A stretch of 64,000 bases of DNA, taken from NCBI GenBank assembly GCA_950097015.1, contig CATNEN010000028.1, positions 124,001 through 188,000 of the forward strand. The letters are read 5' to 3'. Below the pieces are notes generated by a model that saw only the letters and a program-made list of their open reading frames with translations, was not told the DNA's origin and did no database searches. This document shows positions 43,722 to 54,793 of this stretch, one piece after another; position 1 is the stretch's first letter, and each line of letters starts with the position of its first letter. The DNA is from Macrostomum hystrix. Taxonomy: Eukaryota > Animalia > Platyhelminthes. Both the position numbers and the translations under genes were made by a program.

Positions 43722-44580
43722 CTATACTAAAAATGAAATGGTTGGTTGCTTGTTTTATATACTAAAAATGAAAATCTTGCTTGTTTGCAATCGACTATCT
43801 CCCGAACGGCTCAACCGATTTTCACAATTCCTTCACCAAAAGATCACAAATGGGCCTGAATCGGTACACGTATTTTTATTAGGCCTAAGCTTAATTCCAT
43901 TGCTAAAGAGATTAAATATTGGAAAAACTGTTTTAAATAGGCTTTTCTAATGCATTCTTGTTTTCAGCTTGTGCACAGTGAGGCTTCAGTGCCAATTTTT
44001 ATGATTGCATCAGAGCCTGTTTTGATAACGCACTGATACCGAAGGGAAGCTACCCAGAGGGCAGAGGGTTGCGAACGCCGGCTAGTATATATACTAAAAA
44101 TGCAAATCTTGCTTGCTTGCTTGTTTGCAATCAACTATCTCCCGAACAGCTCAACCGATTTTTATTCTTTTTCTTCTATCCAACTATACTAAATCTCTAA
44201 AGTCTTCTAATATACTATAAATGAAAATCTTGTATGTTTGCAATCAACTAGCTCTCGAATGGCTCAACTTATTTTAATAATTCCTTCACCAAAAGATCAC
44301 AGATGGGCCCGAATCGGTACACGTATTTTTATTAAGCTTAATTCCATTGCCAAGGGGATTAAATATAGGAAAAACTGTTTTAAATAGACTTTTCTAATGC
44401 ATTCTTGTTTTCAGCTTGTGCACAGTGAGGCTCCAGTGCCAATTTTAATGATTGCACCTGAGGCAGTTTTGTTAAGCAAGCATACTGATAAGAAAATAGT
44501 TGCGTCAACCCCACTGGCGAGATAATTCAAGGGAGGCTACCCAGAGGGTAGCAAAAGCTGGCTAGGCCCCTAGGCCTAGT
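43722..44580 (+). mobile_element. Tandem non-autonomous Helitron-like elements (two long copies plus a partial one)
   Basis: Repeated TATACTAAAAATG..CTTGTTTGCAATC.ACTA.CTC.CGAA.GGCTCAAC head and shared body. 3' ends GC-rich then CTAGT (44082-44086; about 44562-44580). Head fragment also at about 26805-26860. The Helitron assignment is by resemblance only. Confidence 0.55.
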
Positions 44581-46899
44581 AACAATCTAATTTATTTATT
44601 TCTGCACTGTTAATTACAACAAAAATAATAACACAAATACATCATGACCAATGACTCCAACTGCTTATAGCTTTAACTTGGATGGCCTTAGGCCTAGGGT
44701 AATGTATCATCAACCAAACAAGAATGTGTATTTTTTTAACTTCAAACCTAAGCTACAGATTTTCTATTTAAGATATCATGATAAATCAAAAGCCAAGTTA
44801 TAGAAAACAGTTACATCTTTCTAAAAAGTATCTGCTTTTGCTATTTCGTCAAATAGAAAAAAAGTTATTCCTGCTTTTTATCTAAAACCGAACAATGATT
44901 TTCATGTATCTTCAAACCAAACAGAGAATTTGATGTTTGCTTTTACAATTTGAGTGAGTGGTTTAATCTTATTTTAAGGAGTGAACTATCATGAATTATG
45001 TCATCTGAAAGCATTTTTCATGCTCTATAAATAACTACATTTATGGTCATTTAATTGGCAAGCAACCATATACAATCTTCATCTAAAGTACATACTGAAA
45101 AAATGTTGTTAAAAAGTATGCTTTTGCTATAAAAATTTCTACTGAAACAACAATATCTTTCTTTCCTCTTAATGCTTCATTACACATCATGCCGAGCAGC
45201 TTGTAGATAATTTCTTCAACTTTCAAATTAGTTGTTCTGTGAAACACAATAGCTTGTTTCTGTCTTGCACAAGACCAAGAAAGGAGTCAAAATTCTTGTT
45301 CAGTTTTGAAGATACACTGTTCGGTTGATGATACATTACCCTATGGTTATGCCTAAAGTTTATTAGCTGCTTTGCTTAATGTCAGTTTTTATTAAACTAA
45401 AACAATAAATATGTTTGTATTATTAGTCTTTATTAGACCCACTAGACATTTTTATTAGACTAGCCTATATAATACCGTGCATTTATCCACCATATTAGTA
45501 TTAATTAAGTGCAGGTTAAGTAAAATTTACTTGGTATAATCACATTTTTGCTCATCATTGCTCATCATTGCTAATCACTCATCATTTTGTTCAACAATTA
45601 ATATTCTAAATCATAAAAGCACTTCATTTAAAAAAGCACTATTTTTTTAAAGCAAAGGGCAATTAGAATTAGGCAGCTTTTTATAATCAAATTGTGATTT
45701 AAACTAGGTAAAAGCCTTACCATTACAAAGACAGCAATGCTTCAGCTGTGGTAACCTCGAGTTTTGTCTTATGTTGCCAGCTGAAGAGGTCTAACAATAG
45801 TAGCAAACACTTACCAGTAGTCCACCATACTAAGTTACTAAGTAAGCTAATTTACAATTTCTTCATTAGGCAAAGGTAAATTAACACTTATGGTTATGGT
45901 AAATATGATATAACCATTATAATTAAATAGGCAATTTTCTAGTTTTGTATGTTTAATTATTTTCTGTTTGAAACTGTATCTTTACATGGCACAGTCATGC
46001 TAAAGTGACATGGCATGACATTTAGTCTATAGAATAAAGGTCTGGGGATGATAAAAGCAAAGGCAAGGGCAATGGGAAAGGATTAGCTACAAATATCAAA
46101 ACTGGCTAGTAGATGTTCAGTGCCTACGACAATTGTGCTGCCTGCAGACTTGCTCAATCCAAACAACCTCTGCAACCTTGAGTGTACTATATGTGAGAGA
46201 TGGCAGCACTGACCATTGACAAGGAGAGTACCATAAACTGACTTGTTAAATATAGGCTACTGGCAAATGCCCGTTAGTGTGAAACCTGCCCTACCCACCT
46301 GGCCATGCATTACCAATGTCAAGAAAGTGGCCATTTTGTTGACCCTAGGCTTGCACCGAATATAGGGTCTAGGCCTCCATTTGCAAGCAGTCGAATTGTG
46401 CTTAACTTGATTCTGTTGCCCATTTCGTGCTGTGCCATGTAAACACGAGATCTCAAATAAAAAATGTGCAAAACTAGGAAATTGTCAAGAAATTGCTTAG
46501 CTGTTGCTGGTGGAGCTTGAAAGCTCCATGAGTACAACATTCTTCTCCAAATTTTGCACCTTCAGGTGCAACTGTAAACTTTTTTGTTAATTCAGAGATG
46601 ATCACAGGTTTCTTTTTCATTTGTAGTGGCTAGTAATTGTTTCTGTCTTTTGTCTCATCGATTCATTGGTTCCTTGGTTCAATGGTTCATTGCCTGAAAG
46701 CTCTCACTTAAAGACTAGGGATCTATGAGTAGATAAAGTGTCTCATCTAACTGCCCAAAACTGTCTAGTCTGTTTAGGTTGGGTGTAAAATAGTAATAAA
46801 AATAAAATCAACAAAAATTAAATATTTTCTCCAAATAGGCCAGATGTGCAGCTGACAGCACAGCCTCAGCTTGGTGTCTCTATGCATCATGGATCTGAA

Positions 46900-47112
46900 G
46901 GCTGGATGTGGCTGTTCAGTCCATTGACTGGGGGATGCCACACCCACCCTCAATTACCCCAGCTGATGCTGGTACCCATTCAACAGCTGGGTGAACAGAA
47001 GTAATTCAGAGTTAAGTGTCTTGCTAAATGACAAACTGTTCCACTGCAGTCGGGAATCGAACCCCCGACCTTCAAGTTGTGTTTCTAATGCTCTAAACCC
47101 TAGGCTGCCACC
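46900..47112 (-). mobile_element. tRNA-derived SINE with CORE-like body
   Basis: Head matches the 688-762 copy, followed by GCAAGACACTTAACTCT and CACCCAGCTGTTGAATGGGTACC. Related body fragments at about 17570-17640 and 19490-19600. Confidence 0.6.
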
Positions 47113-47394
47113 CCTTACATATGTAAGATATATCCTGTAAAAAACTTACAGGTTTATGCACATCAGAACTAATACGACATTGCTGGCTTCATATAGTTAA
47201 TTAAATTTTCAGATATTTTAATATATTTGACAAAAGCTTTATTAGTTTTCAACTATGTATTACAGCCTCTATTTATTAAGTTAATCTGTTGTAGTTAACA
47301 GGGTATTCAGCTTTTATTTTCAATCTTAGCTTTGTTTATTTATTAATGATTTCATTATTTGAGGAAACGAAACTATCTTTGTTAACTTTGTCAG

Positions 47395-50300
47395 TCGCAG
47401 CCCTTTGAAGCAGCGGCTTTTGCTGCCGCCAATCACGATGATGATGACGATGACGTCGCCAATAATGACGAGCTTGAACGGTTGGCTAGGCGAAGATCGC
47501 AGGCGATGCCTATGGATCCGCTGCAGAGAATGTCTGCCAGGTAATAAGCGCAGATTTTTGTTTTTGTTTTTTAATCCTCAGTTCAATCACCAGATAAACT
47601 GATCCTCATTTGGCTCCTTGTTTGACCAGTCACTATAATTTCACACCGCTTCCAGAGAGCTGACCGACCACTATGAGAGCTGCATCAAGCTGTCAGTTGA
47701 GGGCAAAATATCGTCTAAGAACGCCTTCGCGCTGCATCTCATCGACTATCTTCAAGGCATGGTGAAGGGCATCGACAACTTCCAGCTGGCCAGCAGCTCC
47801 CTAGACGCGGGCGCCAAGATCTACGCTGGCCGAGTTGATGCTGTCCACCGCGAGGCTTACAAAGTCATGGGCGGTCTGGGTCGGACCGACGCGCCTACGA
47901 CTGCCGGTGACTCCGATGACGAGGGCGAAGATCGCGCTGCTGGTAATGATCGAGGATTTTCATCTGCCCCAGTTGGCTCAAGTTCAAATGCAGACTAGTT
48001 TGCCTGACATTATATCCTACCCTATCCTTCCAGATACTCACACACCCCATATATATATACCCCCATTTAACACCTTCACATTGAACCCGCCATCCCATTG
48101 AACACCTTCACAATTAAACTACCATCCCATTGAACACCTTCACAATGAAACTACCATCCCATTGAACACCTTCACAATTAAACTACCATCCCATTGAAAA
48201 CCTTCACAATGAAACTACCATCCCATTGAACACCTTCACAATGAAACTACCATCCCATTGAACACCTTCACAATGAAACTACCATCCCATTGAACACCTT
48301 CACAATGAAACTACCATCCCATTGAACACCTTCACAATGAAACTACCATCCCATTGAACACCTTCACAACCCGACATCCCTATTGGCTGTAAATAGTGAC
48401 ACCCATGCTACTCTCACCGCGCAGCCGATAACGCCGGTGATGACGATGCCATCGCTGCTGCTCGCGCCGCCGCCGCAGCGAAGCGTCGCCAGCGAAAGCG
48501 CAAGGCCGTGATCGCAACCAGCCTGGTTCGCATTCGCCTAAAACCGGCCAGCCTTCGTTTCGACGTTGATCCGCTATTTCATCAGCAGGCGGCTGCCTAC
48601 GACAATGGCGGCACGGGCGAGATGCGCCTTAACAACGTGTGCGTCATTGACAACGACTGCGAGATCATGCTAGACTCCGAGGCGGCACTCAACCTTGGCA
48701 ACCGCAAAGTGCTAGCTATCTCCAACGTGGCCAGGTCAGACCCGAATGTTGGTCTTCCCGTGCCGGCTACTCGCGCCATAGCAACCGTTGCTAAGTCAAC
48801 AAACTACTCCATGTGTTCGCACTATGCTGATTTAACATTGGGCGCCACCGCTGGCAACAATGCAGTGAAAAATGAAAACAATGAAACGCAAATTCAAGAT
48901 TTTCTAGCTGTCATTTCGACAGCTGAGACAATGGACAATGACGGCGCTGATAATCAAGACGATGCCGATTGTACGCCTTGCCCTGAAGCTTTTCATAACG
49001 ACGACCACGACGACGACAACATTGCCGACGGAGAGGCGCACGAAGATGGCGCCGAAGTTGCAGACGCCACTGCCGATTGTAATCCAGAGGCTGAGGATGA
49101 AACCATTCAGCCAGCCAGGGCCACTGTGTGAGTGCCTCTCTTTTCTGCTTAAGTGACATAAGTGCTTCCCTATCAGGAAAAATACAGTATCTAGGTGCTG
49201 TTCTCTATCATCTGAGTACCTCAGTGAGTGGCAGAGCGGTTAAGCGTTTACCTCATTACGTTTGCATTTACCGATGCTGAAAGGGTATCATTTCATGCCA
49301 CTTTCCATGCTTTATTTGTAATTTCGAAATTAGAAGTATAATAACTTGCTTAGCCGGAGATATCGTTGACATTTGTCTAGTGCTACTGGGTTACGAGTGA
49401 CTGAATTTATTAGGGGGATGAGTGGCAGATCCGTGCATCTGGCACCAAGATCCCTGAGCTCGATTTCGCGGCGAGGCCACATTCATTTGGGAAGGCTTGG
49501 GTAGATTGTCGTGCAATTGACGCACTTGAGGGCCAACCTCCAAGGCACAGTGAGCGTGTACACTATGAGAAAGTCAGGGCAGATGTGCACACCTGTGTAA
49601 GCGTGTGCCTGCGCTCGGTGTCCGTGGGTGTGTCTGTGCCATTGTCCTCAGCCCTCCTGCAATTATTATTCTTTACCTGTGTTTCACTTACAGTTTCTAG
49701 ATGCAATTTCTTGAATCTGACTACTTTGATAGCCAAGATGTATTTTTATAGCCCATTATAAGTTTATTAGTCATTGACTAGTGTTAGGGCTTTCAATGCC
49801 ATTGTTAATACATTTGTTTATCTTATAAATTTTCTAATAAAATCATAAATTCAGTTGCTCAGCCAGTTTTGTTCAAGCTCTCCGCGACTTACTCTGTGGC
49901 GACGAATCCGAATGGGACAATGGCGTTGGCGGCGGCGGCTTCGGCCCGGCCTGCATGCGTCTCGGCATGTGGGCCGGCCCGGCGCATTGGAGTCGCAAAT
50001 GTCGCCTAACAACAGTCGGCGCCGCCAGCGCTGTGGTTGGTACTTCTAGCACTGCGGCAGCTGCCGCAGGTTCTGTTGAACACGCCGATGCTTCTGTGGC
50101 CGACGGTCCGACTCCGGCTAAGCGGCAGCGCAGGTCCGCAGCCGCCTCGGCTGCCCAGGCTCAGGCTGAGCTGTTGCTAGGCGCCGAGCGGCACAACTGG
50201 CTGAAACAGCTGGCCAGACCGCAGCGCTCCGACAATAAGCTGACGGACTGCGCTGTCAATGCCAATATGAACCGCTGTCTGGACCTGCCCGAGCCTTCAG

Positions 50301-52358
50301 TGCCTCTCTCAGCTAATATCAACTCGACTATCGGAGCGGCCTCCTCCAAGGCCTTTGTTAGGGCAGGCCTGCTTAGCCTGACTGTTGATAGTCGGCATGT
50401 TGTGCGATTTAGCGCAGATGGTGAGTGTACTATGCGCTTAGCAATAAGATCAATGGATAGTTTAGCAATCTAATCAATCAATAGTTTAGCAATCTAATCG
50501 ATGAATAGATTAGCAATCCAATCAATCAATAGTTTAGCAATCTAATCGATGAATAGATTAGCAATCCAATCAATCAATAGTTTAGCAATCCAATCAATCA
50601 ATAGTTTAGCAATCCAATCAATCAATAGATTAGCAATCCAATCAATCAATAGGTTAGCAATCTAATCAATGGGCAGATTAGCAGTACATTTATTATATTA
50701 GCAATCCATTTATAAGATTAGCAATCCATTTAGATCGATCATTGTTTGATTATTCCGAAATCGCCAGACGTCGGCAAACACGCCGATGACGATGACGAGG
50801 ACTTGGAGGCAGAGGACGCTAACAACAAGAATCGAGATAGAAGCGCTTACGTGACGGACGATTTCAACAATCACGGCTTCGATGACGACCACACCCGAAC
50901 ATTCGCCAATTTTCGCACAGTCGTTGATCCAGATTCCACTGACAATCCTGAGGCTGCCGTTGATAATGACGATGATGACAATGACGACATTACGATGAGG
51001 CCAGAGGAGGCAGAACTAGACCTGTCCGACCAGCAGCGGCTGTGGCAGCAGCAGGGCGGAGGCTTCATGGATAAGCTGTCCCAGGCACCCGGCTATCTAG
51101 TCCGGCCAATGCACATCGAATATGCCAAGACTGCCAAGCGGATCAATGTTAAACGGCTGAAGGCTAGCATCTGGCGCCTGCTGGCTGAGGTAACTAGAGG
51201 CCTACTGACGTCCAGTCCCTCTGAAGCTGAACGATTCTCCGCAGCCATCCTTGATCTCCAGTAACCCTGCACCACCATCCTTGACCTCCAGTGACCCTCC
51301 TACACTACCATCCTTGACCTCCAGTGACCCTCCTACACCACCATCCTTGACCTCCAGTGACCCTCCTACACCACCATCCTTGACCTCCAGTGACCCTACA
51401 CCACCATCCTTGACCTCCAGTGACCCTACACCACCATCCTTGACCTCCAGTGACCCTACACTACCATCCTTGACCTCCAGTAACCCTACACCACCATCCT
51501 TGACCTCCAGTGACCCTCCTACACTACCACTCTTGGCCTCCAGTGACCCTACACCCTCATCCTTGGCCTCCAGTGACCCTCCTACACCACCACTCTTGGC
51601 CTCCAGTGACCCTACACCCTCATCCTTGGCCTCCAGTGACCCTTCACCATCATCCTTGGCCTCCAGTGACCCTACACCACCATCCTTGACCTCCAGTGAC
51701 CCTACACCACCATCCTTGACCTCCAGTGACCCTACACCAGCATCTTCAATCACGTGTATCCGCAGAATGACGATATCGGATCCGAAAACCAGCCGCAGCA
51801 GCAGCAGCAGCAACAACCAGGCAGCAGTCAGGAAACTATTGCTGACGCGGTCGCCGAAGCCGCTAAAGATCAATGGAAGCCGGAGGAGCCAGCTTCGTTT
51901 GCCGGCATGCTGGCCAAGCTGCCACGTCAGATGGGCGGAGCCGCAGCCGCTGAGGACCTGTCTGTATCCATCGTGTTCACCTGTCTGCTCTACCTGGCCA
52001 ACGAGAAGGTTGGACTAGATTGATGTCTTGACAAACTCAAAATTAGCTTAGTCTAGTTCCAATATATTTCCATTAAAAACTCCATCGCCACATCCTCCTC
52101 AACTCGCAGAGGCTCGATCTCAGGTCGTCCGCAGATCTGGTGGACATCTTAGTCAGCCCGAAGGCGCCAGAAGATCCTGAAGTGCTGGCCTCTCAAGGCC
52201 TCAAGCTGCTAACTGGCCAAATGAAGAAGAAACTGATCAAAAAGTGCAAGAAGCTGAAGCGCAAGGAGCAGGGAGGGGCGGATGATGCGGCCGGTAAGCG
52301 GCAGTTCACCTTGCAGGAGCTCTGGGGCTCCAGCGATGACGAAGAGGCCGATGCTTAG
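47395..52358 (+). CDS. NCAPH: Condensin I kleisin subunit CAP-H/Barren; exons 47395-47540, 47656-47942, 48425-49127, 49855-50420, 50768-51189, 51766-52008, 52110-52358 (no ATG in first visible exon)
   Basis: NNDELERLARRRS; LTDHYESCIKLSVEGKISSKNAFALHLIDY; FQLASSSLDAGAKIYAGRVDAVH; FDVDPLF; MWAGPAHW; IEYAKTAKRINVKRLKASIW; LSVSIVFTCLLYLANEK|RLDL. All introns GT-AG and frame-consistent. Confidence 0.93.
48060..48385. repeat. 32-bp minisatellite (ATTGAACACCTTCACAATGAAACTACCATCCC) in an NCAPH intron
   Basis: About 9 copies. Confidence 0.93.
50455..50730. repeat. Degenerate about 24-bp minisatellite (TTAGCAATCYAATCAATCAATAG) in an NCAPH intron
   Basis: Visible tandem units starting shortly after the donor. 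Confidence 0.88.
51250..51740. repeat. 30/33-bp minisatellite (CCTTGACCTCCAGTGACCCT(CCT)ACACCACCAT) in an NCAPH intron
   Basis: About 15 copies; explains spurious ORFs 51202..51873 and 51251..52018. Confidence 0.93.
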
Positions 52359-52659
52359 CGAAGCATCGATTAAAAAACAATTGGAAACGAAAGAAGCGCG
52401 TTTTTTAACGCTCGATGTTTTTTCCCGTTTTTTGTCACGGATTTTTTCTTCTCAGAAAATTTGCCTTTTTTTACGTTTCTTCCGTTGCGTTATATTTGTT
52501 TTATTTTAGTTTTGCGCTTGCCTGCAATGGCATTTATTATATAATTCCTGGTTCTGTTCGGTGGAATGTTTATTAGTTAGTTTTTAATAAGTATCTCATT
52601 TAAATAGCCCGAAGTAAAGTTTTTGCCTTTTTAAGAATGTGAGTACCTGGGTTGTAGTT

Positions 52660-53620
52660 TCTATGTGCCATATCCTAGAATCTAATATCCTATACTAGAG
52701 GTTCTGTGTGCCATATCCTAGAATCTAATATCCTATACTAGAGGTTGTGTGCCATATCCTAGAATCTAATTTCCTATACTAGAGGTTCTGTGTGCCATAT
52801 CCTAGAATCCAATTTCCTATACTAGAGTTTCTGTGTGCCATATCCTAGAATCTAATTTCCTATACTAGAGTTTCTGTGTGCCATATCCTAGAATCCAATT
52901 TCCTATACTAGAGGTTCTGTGTGCCATATCCTAGAATCCAATTTCCTATACTAGAGGTTCTGTGTGCCATATCCTAGAATCCAATTTCCTATACTAGAGG
53001 TTCTGTGTGCCATATCCTAGAATCCAATTTCCTATACTAGAGGTTCTGTGTGCCATATACTAGAATCCAATTTCCTATACTAGAGGTTCTGTGTGCCATA
53101 TCCTAGAATCTAATTTCCTATACTAGAGTTTCTGTGTGCCATTTCCTAGAATCCAATTTCCTATACTAGAGGTTCTGTGTGCCATATCCTAGAATCCAAT
53201 TTCCTATACTAGAGGTTCTGTGTGCCATATCCTAAAATCCAATTTCCTATACTAGAGGTTCTGTGTGCCATATCCTAAAATCCAATTTCCTATACTAGAG
53301 GTTCTGTGTGCCATATCCTAGAATCCAATTTCCTATACTAGAGTTTCTGTGTGCCATATCCTAGAATCCAATTTCCTATACTAGAGTTTCTGTGTGCCAT
53401 ATCCTAGAATCCAATTTCCTATACTAGAGTTTCTGTGTGCCATATCCTAGAATCCAATTTCCTATACTAGAGTTTCTGTGTGCCATATCCTAGAATCCAA
53501 TTTCCTATACTAGAGTTTCTGTGTGCCATATCCTAGAATCCAATTTCCTATACTAGAGGTTCTGTGTGCCATATCCTAGAATCCAATTTCCTACACTAGA
53601 GGTTCTGTGTGCCATTTCTC
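52660..53620. repeat. 43-bp minisatellite (GAGGTTCTGTGTGCCATATCCTAGAATCCAATTTCCTATACTA), about 22 copies
   Basis: Directly visible, downstream of the NCAPH stop. Confidence 0.96.
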
Positions 53621-54793
53621 AGGAAACGATTAGTGCTCATGTCAGCTGGTATTTCCGAGAATCTTGGATCGACGAGTCCATCAACCGCCCATATTTTTTT
53701 CAGAAGGCAGGAAAATTTTTCGACTTAAGTGGTGTTTTTGCTTTGTAGTTTTCATGCGTCGTAGTGCATATCTACAGCATTTTTGTCTCGTTGCAGACTC
53801 TGCACGTACTAGTATTAGATATTTCTTTGTAAAACTCGGCTTTGTTCTGCTTTGATAGACTAGGCAACTTTATTTGTTTATATAAGCAATTTTTTCTGTG
53901 TCTAGAATTAAAGCGGCCACTGATGAAAAAGAATTTGCGCCCCGATTGCCACTAAAAGTTGTTGCCATTGCTCAAATGTGTACATTTTTATTCAAGCTGT
54001 GAGGCAAAAAATGCATTTCATTTTAAACGCATTGGCACAAGTGTCCTCAGCTAGTGTACATTCCCCTGCAAGTAGCGATTGTAGCTCGCACCGGCCTATT
54101 TGTCAAGTTTTGTTGAAATACTTTATTTCAATTTCTTTTTTTTTCTTAAATTTATTTTCTAGCTAAATAGAACACTGTTAGGTGTTTTTTGTTATCAAAA
54201 AAGATATCAAACTCCAGTTACTACCATAGAAATAGCATTTAAAGTAGTTTATTGTTGTACTGTGTTTTTGGCGCACATTTTTGCTAGTTCACCCAACTAC
54301 TTGAAGTAGTAGAAAAAGTCTACTTTGTGTTGCTATTTTTCCTATTAAAGTTGCAAAGTTGGCTACCTTTTTTAGGTGCAGCCCAATAATAAGTTGTACT
54401 TTTGGCAGTTTGATCTGATTTCTGTGTCTAAGTGTCACCTTGGATTTGTTTGGCATTCGATGGTTAGTTTTTTTCGAATATGAAGAACTTTTAGGTATCC
54501 CATCAGGTAATGCCGAAATCTGTGTTTAGGCGTCAATGAAAGCGCATTTTTTCTATAAAAATATAAATTGTTACTCACGGACTGGATAATTTATTGAGAA
54601 TCGCTCTTCATGCGCACCTTGGGTTAATTGGGTTGATGGGTCACCAACGTCCCCGAGTTCGAATCTGCAGCTGGACCACCTTGATTAGGGTGTGCTCAGA
54701 GGTCAGCAGATGTTAGGCCATTGTCTGTAGCCCCGTCAATAATTACTATTCAATTATAAAAACTACTGTCCCGTTAATACTACTTTCAGCGGC

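Noticed and set aside
51202-52018. Long ORFs on both strands over the 30/33-bp array
   Set aside because: Triplet-length repeat artefacts within an NCAPH intron.
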